The translations under genes and the position numbers were made by a program. Of a stretch of 64,000 nt of DNA, positions 45,320 through 53,467 are shown in pieces. The stretch comes from Saprospirales bacterium (GTDB lineage: Bacteria > Bacteroidota > Bacteroidia > Chitinophagales > Saprospiraceae): contig JANPIN010000065.1 of the NCBI GenBank assembly GCA_031425035.1, positions 651 to 64,650 on the forward strand. Reading direction: 5' to 3'. The notes beneath the pieces are model-generated. The model had not been told where the DNA came from. It saw nothing but the letters and a program-made list of their open reading frames with translations, and did not search any database. The stretch's first letter is position 1, and each line of letters starts with the position of its first letter.

Positions 45320-45334
45320 ACCCCACCAATAAAA

Positions 45335-45368
45335 ATCCCCCGGCGTTTTTGGAAAAACATCGGGGGAT
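45335..45368. terminator. hairpin between convergent genes (bidirectional terminator candidate)
   Basis: atcccccg (45335-45342) pairs with cgggggat (45361-45368). The loop is T/A-rich. Confidence 0.55.
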
Positions 45369-45391
45369 CGAAGAGTAAGTGCCATTTTAGC

Positions 45392-45757
45392 TTACAACTC
45401 CGGGTAAGTAGGCGGATTTTTGCGCTCGTAAAAGTAAGAACCAAGCATTCCTAATCCGCCGAATAAGGCGATTAGAGCGAAAAAGATGCCGGTGCGGGTA
45501 CTTTCGGAGGCATTCACGAACATGGCTTCGTTCAGAAAAAGGGCCAGTAGCAAACCGATCCCGGCCCCAACGAACATCAGCCCGTTTTTCAGGGTTTGCG
45601 ATGGATTGAGTCGGCGGTTCTTATCCTTGGGATTCATGCCGCGTTCGATCATCGCCATGTTCTCCTTGTTTTCGAGGTAGCGAAGCCCCCAGATCATACA
45701 GAAAGTGGCAACAGGAGCCACCCCGAAAAGAAAAATAATTGCCATTGGGCCTTCCAT
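45392..45757 (-). CDS. small membrane protein, last gene of the ECF sigma operon (DUF6249-like, tentative)
   Basis: 121 aa. Three or four hydrophobic helices separated by ENKENMAMIERGMNPKD. Confidence 0.6.
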   Translation of the reverse strand: MEGPMAIIFLFGVAPVATFCMIWGLRYLENKENMAMIERGMNPKDKNRRLNPSQTLKNGLMFVGAGIGLLLALFLNEAMFVNASESTRTGIFFALIALFGGLGMLGSYFYERKNPPTYPEL

Positions 45758-45859
45758 AACCGATTGATTTTGTTGTGAACTGAAAGAGTAATTGTTGTTG
45801 TTGCTTACTCTGACAGTAGGATTGCGGTCGAGGTTACAGTCGGAAGCATTTTTCTTTGT

Positions 45860-46333
45860 TTACCGGCCACCGCCGCGTCGCAAATTCTGACGTTCGGCTT
45901 TTTTCTCCCGGAATTCCTGCAATTTCTTGACCAGTCCTTCGCGGAATTGCCTTTCCGCTACTGGCAGTCTGGCGATTTTACGGACGGAAAGAACCTTACG
46001 CAGATGAACCGTCAGGTCCTTTTCCAGGTCTATTTCCTGTTGCTTCAGGTCAAAATATTTACGCACGTAATCCTCCGCCTCCGCATCAGTCATGACGTCG
46101 AGCTGGCGGTCGGTCTTAATTTGCAGTTGCAGTTTTTCGCGGTTGGTCGTGTATTCATTGAAAATGGGCCAGAAATTCTGCGCTTCCTCCGGGCTGAGTT
46201 GCAAAACATCGGTATACACGGCTACCCGATAAGCGCGAATGCGATCACCGGCCGGCCGGTTGTCTGCCGTTTGGGCTTGCATGGACGCCTGGAAAGCAGA
46301 TAAAATCAAAACAATTAATAAGATACGCTTCAT
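45860..46333 (-). CDS. periplasmic helical protein (Spy/CpxP-like, LTXXQ-type, tentative)
   Basis: The ORF is trimmed to the ATG at 46333, giving the signal peptide MKRILLIVLILSAFQASMQAQ. The protein is charged and helical (LSPEEAQNFWPIFNEY, LKQQEIDLEKD). Confidence 0.55.
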   Translation of the reverse strand: MKRILLIVLILSAFQASMQAQTADNRPAGDRIRAYRVAVYTDVLQLSPEEAQNFWPIFNEYTTNREKLQLQIKTDRQLDVMTDAEAEDYVRKYFDLKQQEIDLEKDLTVHLRKVLSVRKIARLPVAERQFREGLVKKLQEFREKKAERQNLRRGGGR

Positions 46334-46373
46334 GGTGTGGTGATTATGGTTTGAAGGTGCGGGTTGCTGGGCT

Positions 46374-46937
46374 TTACAATAATTGCTCGAGGTCTTCATC
46401 GCTCAGGTCGTTCAGCAAATTATCGAGGTCTTCCGGATGCAGATCGTCCAGCGCCTGTTGTCGTTTTGAGCGGTTCTGGTCGGGGTTCGCGGCTGGTGGT
46501 TCGGGCAATTGATCAGTCGATTCGCTGGCAGGTAAAGCCGCCAGTTGCTCCGTATCGAAATCATGCACGTTGTCAAAAACGTAGGTTTCAACCTCTTCTT
46601 CGCTCAACTCGGGCATGCTGACCTGGGCCAGTCCTGCCGTCTGTTCATGCAGCGGTTGGGGTTTAAAAAACCAGACGGCAGCAGCCAGGAGTGCCAGTCC
46701 GGCAGCCAGCGCGGTCAGTACGCGTGGTTGCAGCAGACGGTGCAGCCATTGGTGGCCTCGCTGTATGCCCCACGCCGGGCGCGCCGGACGTCGGGCGCCC
46801 ATCGTATCCAGCCGGCTGAAAATCTGGTGGTCCAGCTCGTCAAAATAACCATCAGGCGTACGGAAACCATCCCCCTGTGCTTTCAGGTCGTGGAGCAGGG
46901 AAGCATGTTCCCGCAGTTCGTCGTCCAGATTTTCCAT
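46374..46937 (-). CDS. putative anti-sigma factor (single-pass membrane protein)
   Basis: The start is the ATG at 46937 (MENLDDEL) or the TTG at 46946. It has one TM helix (VLTALAAGLALLAAAVWFF) and an acidic C-terminal tail, and lies directly downstream of the ECF sigma gene. Confidence 0.6.
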   Translation of the reverse strand: MENLDDELREHASLLHDLKAQGDGFRTPDGYFDELDHQIFSRLDTMGARRPARPAWGIQRGHQWLHRLLQPRVLTALAAGLALLAAAVWFFKPQPLHEQTAGLAQVSMPELSEEEVETYVFDNVHDFDTEQLAALPASESTDQLPEPPAANPDQNRSKRQQALDDLHPEDLDNLLNDLSDEDLEQLL

Positions 46938-46973
46938 GATATGCAAACTTTATGTGGTCAATGGGTGAATCGT

Positions 46974-47549
46974 TTATTGTCCTTCTCCTTCCCGAAAAAC
47001 CGCCTCGATCTTTTTCGTGGCGTGGTGAAAAGAGGCTTTTAAGGCGCCCACGGAAGTGTTCAGCAGGGTGGACATTTCTTCGTAGGGCATTTCTTCATAG
47101 TAGCGCAAGTTAAATACAATGCGTTGTTTTTCAGGCAATTGTACAATTGCTTCCTGCAGCCGTATTTGCAGCGCGTCCCCATCGAACCAGGGGTCTGCCT
47201 GCAATCGGCCAGCGGCTGGCGAATCATCATCCAGGGAAGCCGAGGCATGCCGAGCTTTGTTTTGCAGGTGGGTCAGCGATTCGTTGGTCGCGATCCGGTA
47301 GAGCCAGGTATAGAGTTTGGATTTGCCCTCGAACTGTAGAATGCCCCGGTATATTTTAATGAACGTGTTCTGTAAAACGTCGTCGGCATCTTCATGGACC
47401 AGCACCAGGCGACGAATATGCCAGTATAACCGTTCCCGGTACTGCGCCATCATTTGCCGAAAGCCACGCTCGAAGGTGGCTTCGGAGCGGAGCAGGGCCA
47501 TGATTTGTTCGTCTGTCGCGGTTAGGTTATTCACCTGTGTTGGATGCAA
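46974..47549 (-). CDS. ECF-type RNA polymerase sigma-70 family factor
   Basis: 191 aa. Region 2 reads DADDVLQNTFIKIY..LYTWLYRIATNE. Region 4 reads LPEKQRIVFNLRYYEEMPYEEMS..LNTSVGALKASFHHA. Confidence 0.9.
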   Translation of the reverse strand: MHPTQVNNLTATDEQIMALLRSEATFERGFRQMMAQYRERLYWHIRRLVLVHEDADDVLQNTFIKIYRGILQFEGKSKLYTWLYRIATNESLTHLQNKARHASASLDDDSPAAGRLQADPWFDGDALQIRLQEAIVQLPEKQRIVFNLRYYEEMPYEEMSTLLNTSVGALKASFHHATKKIEAVFREGEGQ

Positions 47550-47615
47550 TGCTTCCGGGTTTAGTTACTATGACCATTGGAGTGGCTTGGGGTTTAATTG
47601 AAAGCGCGAAAAACG

Positions 47616-47649
47616 CAAAAAAAAGCCAGACGCGGCATAAGCGTCTGGC
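47616..47649 (-). terminator. rho-independent terminator (minus strand)
   Basis: gccagacgc (47625-47633) pairs with gcgtctggc (47641-47649). The minus strand continues with T8 (plus-strand A8 at 47616-47624), downstream of the ORF ending at 47687. Confidence 0.8.
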
Positions 47650-47686
47650 AAAAATATCAAATAAGAAATTCAGGTCAATAAAGGGT

Positions 47687-48028
47687 TCAGGCAGCCGATT
47701 GAAAGAGGTTCATCTGCCCGTTTTGTTCCACGACTTCGAGTAGCCGCGCATACTTCATTTTGTGTTTACTGTTGGTCCGCAGGGCGATGAGTTTCGCCAT
47801 CTCCAGCGTCAGGTAATAGTCTTCCAGGGGCTCACCCGGACGCGGCCGTTTGGCATAGTCGCGGTAAAGCTGTGGGCGGCGAATACCATCGTTGAATTCG
47901 TACACATCGCGCATCCAGCGGCGAACCTGAGCGCCGTACTGACGTACCGGCAATTTCAGGGCGGCGTGAAAACTGGAGGCCGTCACCACTTTTGTTCCTT
48001 TCTTACTTTCCAAAACTTCGAGTTCCAT
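47687..48028 (-). CDS. small DNA-binding-like protein resembling phage antirepressor (AntA/KilA-type) domains, tentative
   Basis: 113 aa. SSFHAALKL....Y...RWM and DYYLTLEMAKLIALRTNSKHKMKYARLLE resemble antirepressor N-terminal domains. The gene is monocistronic, lying between a terminator and an AT-rich tract. Confidence 0.4.
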   Translation of the reverse strand: MELEVLESKKGTKVVTASSFHAALKLPVRQYGAQVRRWMRDVYEFNDGIRRPQLYRDYAKRPRPGEPLEDYYLTLEMAKLIALRTNSKHKMKYARLLEVVEQNGQMNLFQSAA

Positions 48029-48208
48029 AACTGTCTCGTTTTGTGTAGGTTGCTTTTTAATGTTATTAACAGTACAAAACTAAACAACTTGTTTATTAAA
48101 ACAAATTATTTCACCTTTTTTTTCAGCAATAATTTATGAAAATCTCGTAATAAATTGATTATGAGCACATTGAAACTAAACATTTTTTGTTGGCGACAAT
48201 AAAAATGT

Positions 48209-49315
48209 TTATTCGCCGGTCACCATCAGCGGAATGGTTTGCAAGCGGTGACCGTCCGGGCCGTCCAGCTGAACTTCCAGGAAACCCAGCCAGTGCGAGC
48301 TTGGCGGCAGTTCTAACGGCAAACGTACCGTACCCGCCTGTACCTCCGCCCACTCGAAGGTGTTCATTAGCTGCCCCTGCGCCGACCAGACGCGTCCATG
48401 CAGCGTACCGCCGAAAGGCAGTGTTACTTCCAGCCAGGCCGGACCACTGACTGGCTGGGGCAGTACCCGCAGTTGCAGCGCCGGTAATGTGGCGGCTTCC
48501 TGGGTGCCCACCGCGCAACTGGGCGCTACCGTCGGACACCAGGTCCGGTTCGCCAGCGTACAATCAACAATATAGGGGTTCGGTTTGCCTTCCTGGTAGG
48601 CCGCGATGCGCCAGGTCTTGGTCAACTCGGCCCCATCCGCCGGGTCCTGCTGGTTCCATTGGCAGAGGGTGGGCCGCTGCAACTCGAAAAAGTCGGGGTC
48701 GGCCGCGTTGGCCTGGTTGCGGTACATGGTATAAAAGTAAAAGATGGCCCGGGCGACATCGCCTTTGGCCACCTCGCGCGGTTCGAAAGCCGCCGCATTC
48801 GATTCGGCGTACAGGTTGATGTTCTGGGTCGGAATGCTGGAGGAGATCTGGGTGCCCAAAAACCACTTCTGCGTTTGCGCATCCGGAATATCGGCAAAAG
48901 GTTTGTCGGCACGCGCTTCATTGACTGGAATACGGGCCGGGAACAGGTGGTGCATATCGCTGTTCCCATTGGTGCCGGCGGTGGCGCCTTTGGACTGCGG
49001 GTAGGCGTGTTCGGTGTTCATGCCGGTGGAGATCCCATTCAGGTACACGTACTGCGTAGGGTCCTGCGTGGGATCGAGGTAGAGCGCGTAATTGGTATAA
49101 ATGCAGCGCAGGGTATCATCATCTTTCGCCAGCACCCTGGCAAAAAGCGTGTCGCGGGCATGCGCATAGTCGAGTACGACGTTGGGGCGGTAGGCATCGA
49201 AGAGGTTATCCAGCAGTTCCTGACCAGAGAGACCGGGAAAAATAGGGCCGAAAGTCTGGGCCTGCAGGTAGGTAGCCAACAGCAACAGCAAGGAGATGAC
49301 AAAAGGACGCGACAT
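48209..49315 (-). CDS. secreted endonuclease I family nuclease with T9SS-like C-terminal domain
   Basis: The ORF is trimmed to the ATG at 49315, giving the signal peptide MSRPFVISLLLLLATYLQAQ. NTEHAYPQSKG and MHHLFPARIPVNEARADKPF are endonuclease I motifs. The C-terminus is the beta-rich LRVLPQPVSG.... Confidence 0.8.
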   Translation of the reverse strand: MSRPFVISLLLLLATYLQAQTFGPIFPGLSGQELLDNLFDAYRPNVVLDYAHARDTLFARVLAKDDDTLRCIYTNYALYLDPTQDPTQYVYLNGISTGMNTEHAYPQSKGATAGTNGNSDMHHLFPARIPVNEARADKPFADIPDAQTQKWFLGTQISSSIPTQNINLYAESNAAAFEPREVAKGDVARAIFYFYTMYRNQANAADPDFFELQRPTLCQWNQQDPADGAELTKTWRIAAYQEGKPNPYIVDCTLANRTWCPTVAPSCAVGTQEAATLPALQLRVLPQPVSGPAWLEVTLPFGGTLHGRVWSAQGQLMNTFEWAEVQAGTVRLPLELPPSSHWLGFLEVQLDGPDGHRLQTIPLMVTGE

Positions 49316-49365
49316 AGTCAGGAATAAGGTTTTAAAACACAAAGGTAGATTCTTCTGCGGCCTTC

Positions 49366-49716
49366 TTATTCGTTTTCCGCAATGCCAAGCTCCTGCATCA
49401 TTTGCAGGCCGTAATCCCTGATGTGGGTAATCAGCGGAATAACCTGCCGGCCTTTTTCAGTCAGACTATACTCGGTGTGCGGCGGTACTTCCGCATACAC
49501 TTTCCTGTCAATATAACCATTGGCTTCCAGTTGCTTTAACTGGGTGCTGATCACTTTATCGGAAATGTGCGGAAGGGTCTTTTTTAACTCCCCGTATCGC
49601 AGGGTCGCTTTATGGAGCCGCCACAGGATGGGCATTTTCCAGGTGCCACCGATAAAGTGCAGGGCGAATTCGACCGGGTGGTAGTAGACTTTGTGTTTGT
49701 AGATAAAATCGGGCAT
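49366..49716 (-). CDS. HxlR-family winged-helix transcriptional regulator
   Basis: The ORF is trimmed to the ATG at 49716. It carries GGTWKMPILWRL, LRYGELKK..P.IS.KVISTQLKQLEANGYI.R and EYSLTEKG. Confidence 0.85.
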   Translation of the reverse strand: MPDFIYKHKVYYHPVEFALHFIGGTWKMPILWRLHKATLRYGELKKTLPHISDKVISTQLKQLEANGYIDRKVYAEVPPHTEYSLTEKGRQVIPLITHIRDYGLQMMQELGIAENE

Positions 49717-49877
49717 ACCTAATGGCTTTTCAGACAAAGATAAAGTAGCTCGCCTCGTCCACCCATACTTACCCAAATGTTAGTAGCTCACTTCGAAGGC
49801 CGGTAAACCCACCGTTGCAGGGCTGTCTGCACCTTTGTGCGACATTCATGTAAACAAAAAATCTAAACCTGCGGACA

Positions 49878-51389
49878 ATGAAAAAAGGACTCTTGTTTCT
49901 ATTGGCTTTTCTTTCCTGTATGCATTTCACACTGGCCCAGCACAATGCCGGCAATAATGGCAAAGTACTGATGATTGCTTCCAACCCGGCGGTAAGCGGG
50001 CAAACCGGCTGGCCGATCGGTGTTTGGTTTGCCGAACTGGCCCATCCCTACTGGGTGTTTTCAGAGGCGGGATACACCGTGGACATTGCCAGTCCGGACG
50101 GCGGAGAGATAAAATTCGACGGCTTCAGCGATCCGGAAGATGCCAGCAAATACGCCGCCTTCGATTACGTGTCGCTGGGCTTCAAAAAAAACGAAGCAAA
50201 AATGGCGCTTACCAAAAACACCCTGAAACTATCCACTATCCGGCCCGACGATTATAAAGCCATTTTCGTGTGCGGTGGCCAGGGACCGATGTACACTTTT
50301 ATCGACAATGCCGAATTGCACACGTTTTTCACCAGTTTTTATCAGACGGGCAAACCGACCGCTGCCATCTGCCATGGTACCTGTATTCTGTTAAAAGCTA
50401 AATTGCCCAATGGTAAATACCTGGTGCAAGGCAAACGCTGGACGGGTTTTGCGGCCAGCGAGGAACAGTATGCGGACAACTATGTGGGACAAAAAATCCA
50501 GCCTTTCCGCATCGAGGACGAAGCGCGCAAAATGCCCGACAACCGATTTGAAGTGGGCGCCCCATTTTCTGCCTATGCGCTTCAGGACGGCAATCTGATC
50601 ACTGGTCAGCAGCAAAATAGTGGAGCCGCCGCGGCCGAACTGGTGGTAAAAGCGCTTGAAAAAGACAAGGCACGCTATCCGACGTATGTACTGGTACATG
50701 GTGCCTGGGCCGATGAAAGTGCCTGGGGTTTCGTGCGCAACGAACTGGCCAGACAGGCAAATGTCGTGGTCGTAAATTTACCTGCGCATGGCATCGATCT
50801 GACTCCCGCCAAAGCCGTTTCGTTGAAAGACTATACCGATCAGGTGGAAAAAGTCATTAATGCGCAAGCCGGTCAGGTGATTTTGGTAGGCCACAGCATG
50901 GCCGGCATGGTCATTTCGCAGGTCGCTGAACATATACCGCAAAAAATCTCCAGGCTGGTGTATGTGTCGGCTTATTTGCTAAAAAACGGGGAGAGTCTGC
51001 TGTCGATCTCCCAACAGGATACGCAGAGCAAAGTCGGTCAGGCCCTGGAGTTTAATGCGGATCAGACGGCGGCCAGGATCAATAAAGACGTCATTCCGGG
51101 GGCGGTCTGCGATGATTGCCCGCAATACATGAAAGAGGCCCTGGTAAAATACCATAGAGAGGAACCGACCAAACCGCTGGGCGAAAACGTAGTGTTGACA
51201 ACGGCTAAATTTGGTCGTGTGCCCAAATACTATATCCACACTGCAAATGATCGGGCCGTGGGTTATGAACTGCAGAAAATGATGGTAAAAAATAATGGCG
51301 GCATTAAAAACACCTACCTCCTGCAGACCAGTCACCTGCCTTTTGTCGTGCAGCCGCAGGAATTTTTGAAAATCCTGTTGAGCATTTAA
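49878..51389 (+). CDS. secreted fusion protein: DJ-1/PfpI-type (class I glutamine amidotransferase-like) domain plus alpha/beta hydrolase domain
   Basis: 503 aa with a signal peptide (MKKGLLFLLAFLSCMHFTLAQ). The N-terminal half carries the nucleophile-elbow AAICHGTCILL. The C-terminal half carries YVLVHGAWAD and LVGHSMAGMV (G-x-S-x-G). Confidence 0.8.
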   Translation: MKKGLLFLLAFLSCMHFTLAQHNAGNNGKVLMIASNPAVSGQTGWPIGVWFAELAHPYWVFSEAGYTVDIASPDGGEIKFDGFSDPEDASKYAAFDYVSLGFKKNEAKMALTKNTLKLSTIRPDDYKAIFVCGGQGPMYTFIDNAELHTFFTSFYQTGKPTAAICHGTCILLKAKLPNGKYLVQGKRWTGFAASEEQYADNYVGQKIQPFRIEDEARKMPDNRFEVGAPFSAYALQDGNLITGQQQNSGAAAAELVVKALEKDKARYPTYVLVHGAWADESAWGFVRNELARQANVVVVNLPAHGIDLTPAKAVSLKDYTDQVEKVINAQAGQVILVGHSMAGMVISQVAEHIPQKISRLVYVSAYLLKNGESLLSISQQDTQSKVGQALEFNADQTAARINKDVIPGAVCDDCPQYMKEALVKYHREEPTKPLGENVVLTTAKFGRVPKYYIHTANDRAVGYELQKMMVKNNGGIKNTYLLQTSHLPFVVQPQEFLKILLSI

Positions 51390-52184
51390 GTGATGGGCAT
51401 AAGAATATGGATCGTGGCTCTGGCGGCCTTGCTTTCAGGGCGGAATGCAGCCGCTCAGATCAACGAAAGCGACACGTTGCATTACCAGTTACGCGTGCTG
51501 CTGAACGGTAATTACCAACAGGGCAATGTAGAGCTGCTGGCGGTGCGCAGCAAGGTGGATTTTTTGTGGGCGCCGCAAACCAACTGGGTTTTTAAATCGC
51601 AGAATTCGAGCCTGTACCAGACCATTTACGGCCGTAAAGCCGATAACGACGTTTTTAGCCGCAACTATTTGTATTTCCAGCCACACAGGAGAATTTACCC
51701 TTTCGTCATTGCTTACCTGTCGGGCAATTTCCGGCGCAAAATCGAAAGCCGCTATTTTGTCGGAACCGGAATCAGCTGGCAGGTGGTAAATACGCGTCCG
51801 CTGGTGTTGAAGTGCTCGGCCAGTGTCGTGAAAGAATCCACCAGGTTTGGAAACAGCATGTATAATTACCCGGAATACGACGGCCGCGACAAACTGACGC
51901 TCTGGCGAGGCACGCTATATACCGGCGGATGGGCGTATTTGCTGCACCGACAGCTGCGGGTGTTTTACGACGTTTTCTGGCAGCCTGCTTTTAGTGAACC
52001 CCGTAATTACCGCAGCCAATATGACCTCGGGCTGGATTTATTCGTTTGGAAAGGTTTGTCTTTCAATGTTTTATATACCAGCACACATGAAAATGTAGTT
52101 GTGCAAAATGTAAAACAGAACGACCGGAATCTGAGCTTCGGTCTGGCTTACAACTTTAGAAAAAAGGCTGGCGGATCTAAATAG
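51390..52184 (+). CDS. DUF481 outer-membrane protein
   Basis: 264 aa with a GTG/ATG start directly after the upstream stop and a signal peptide (..GRNAAAQ). Repetitive beta-strand pattern with LNGNYQQGNVE, as recalled for DUF481. Confidence 0.75.
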   Translation: MMGIRIWIVALAALLSGRNAAAQINESDTLHYQLRVLLNGNYQQGNVELLAVRSKVDFLWAPQTNWVFKSQNSSLYQTIYGRKADNDVFSRNYLYFQPHRRIYPFVIAYLSGNFRRKIESRYFVGTGISWQVVNTRPLVLKCSASVVKESTRFGNSMYNYPEYDGRDKLTLWRGTLYTGGWAYLLHRQLRVFYDVFWQPAFSEPRNYRSQYDLGLDLFVWKGLSFNVLYTSTHENVVVQNVKQNDRNLSFGLAYNFRKKAGGSK

Positions 52185-52644
52185 CAATCCCGGCCCGGCC
52201 GTAGATAAAACTCATCAGCCAGGCGGGTCCGATCAGCAGAAATTGCAGGTCTTTCAGGAAGGACGGCTTTTTGCCTTCCACTTTATGGCCCCAGAACTGC
52301 CCGATCCAGGCCAGTACGAAAAGGCCAATGCTCACCTGCCAGAGCGGGAGGCCACTACGTTCTATTTGTTGACAGATAAAAAGGCAGATCATTCCGAAAA
52401 TCGCCATGCCCACGGCTAAGGTGGTGGAAAGCCGGATATAATAAAAAAGGAGCAACAGTAAGGTGATCATCGCCAGGTTGAGCGTCAGGCCGGAAGCGAC
52501 TTGCAGACTACCCAGTTTAACGCTGTACAACAGACCCACCACGGAGAAGAAAATGATCGGCACACAGATCCAGTGCACCATTTTATTGGTGGGATTGCGG
52601 TGGCTTTCGCCATATTCGTCGAGCAAGCTTTCAATGGTGCGCAT
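52177..52644 (-). CDS. DUF962 (Mpo1/YGL010w-like) membrane protein
   Basis: The ORF is trimmed to the ATG at 52644 (MRTIESLLDEYGESHRNPTNKMVHWICVP). It also carries GQFWGHKVEGKKPSF. The 3' end overlaps the convergent DUF481 gene by 8 nt. Confidence 0.8.
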   Translation of the reverse strand: MRTIESLLDEYGESHRNPTNKMVHWICVPIIFFSVVGLLYSVKLGSLQVASGLTLNLAMITLLLLLFYYIRLSTTLAVGMAIFGMICLFICQQIERSGLPLWQVSIGLFVLAWIGQFWGHKVEGKKPSFLKDLQFLLIGPAWLMSFIYGRAGIAI

Positions 52645-52761
52645 CAGGAAATGATTAATGTGTGGGCCCAATAACAGGCTCGCAAATATACAAAACCAGT
52701 AAGCTAAACGGCAAGCCGGCGAGCGGCATGGATTTTTACTTATAGCCCAAAAAACGACTTT

Positions 52762-53382
52762 ATGGCCAAGCAAAATGATCCTCTGCCCAATGAACTCCAC
52801 CAACCCGCCCATAACCCTGCCGCCAACCGCGAAAACCAGGACCTGGACTTCCCCGGTTATCCCCATCACCCCGCCAGCGAAGATATACTGAGTGCCGAAA
52901 GCGACGCCGTAAAGGTGGATGCCAACGTGGAAGATTTCTCACGAAACACCTGGACGGCAACCCGCGATGAAGCCGTGCGCAATCTGGGCGAAGAAAAACG
53001 TCCGGACCTGGCCGTCAGCGACTTGCAGGATGTACTACCGGGTGATGACCTGGAAACGACTCCGGCGGATATCGATCCGGACGCTGACGTAACCGAAGAA
53101 GACCTGATGCTGCTGGGTGATCCCAACCTGGATCAGGACGGCGGCGACGACGAGCTTATGGACAACTACCAGGGGCTCGACGATACCGACCTGGATGGCG
53201 AACCACTGAACGAATATGCCGGCACCATATCGGCCACGGGCGTCGATCTCGATATGCCCGATCTCGAGCTGGATAGCGCGGGTTCGTCCGATCCGCTGGA
53301 AGATGAGGAAAATGATTATTTCAGTCTGGGCGGGGACGACAAAGATTCCCTGGAAGATGACCAGGCGGGTAATATTTTCTAG
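52762..53382 (+). CDS. highly acidic, probably disordered hypothetical protein
   Basis: 206-aa ORF rich in D/E/L/P with no hydrophobic core (..DLDGEPLNEY.., ..DPLEDEENDYFSLGGDDKDSLEDD..). Coding status rests on ORF length, intergenic position and a downstream hairpin. Confidence 0.5.
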   Translation: MAKQNDPLPNELHQPAHNPAANRENQDLDFPGYPHHPASEDILSAESDAVKVDANVEDFSRNTWTATRDEAVRNLGEEKRPDLAVSDLQDVLPGDDLETTPADIDPDADVTEEDLMLLGDPNLDQDGGDDELMDNYQGLDDTDLDGEPLNEYAGTISATGVDLDMPDLELDSAGSSDPLEDEENDYFSLGGDDKDSLEDDQAGNIF

Positions 53383-53421
53383 AACCGGCGGCTAAATTTC
53401 AAGTTATCGATGGTTTTGATT

Positions 53422-53457
53422 GTGCTAAACGCCACCTTTTCAGGCGACGTTTAGCAC
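53422..53457. terminator. hairpin between convergent genes (bidirectional terminator candidate)
   Basis: gtgctaaacg (53422-53431) pairs with cgtttagcac (53448-53457) as a perfect 10-bp stem. Confidence 0.65.
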
Positions 53458-53467
53458 GCATATCGGA

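Noticed and set aside
52177-52184. 8-nt 3' overlap of the convergent DUF481 and DUF962 genes (and the 1-nt gap at 43059/43061) as antisense regulation
   Set aside because: Tight convergent ends occur repeatedly in this window and are common in compact bacterial genomes. Nothing in the sequence itself indicates a regulatory role.
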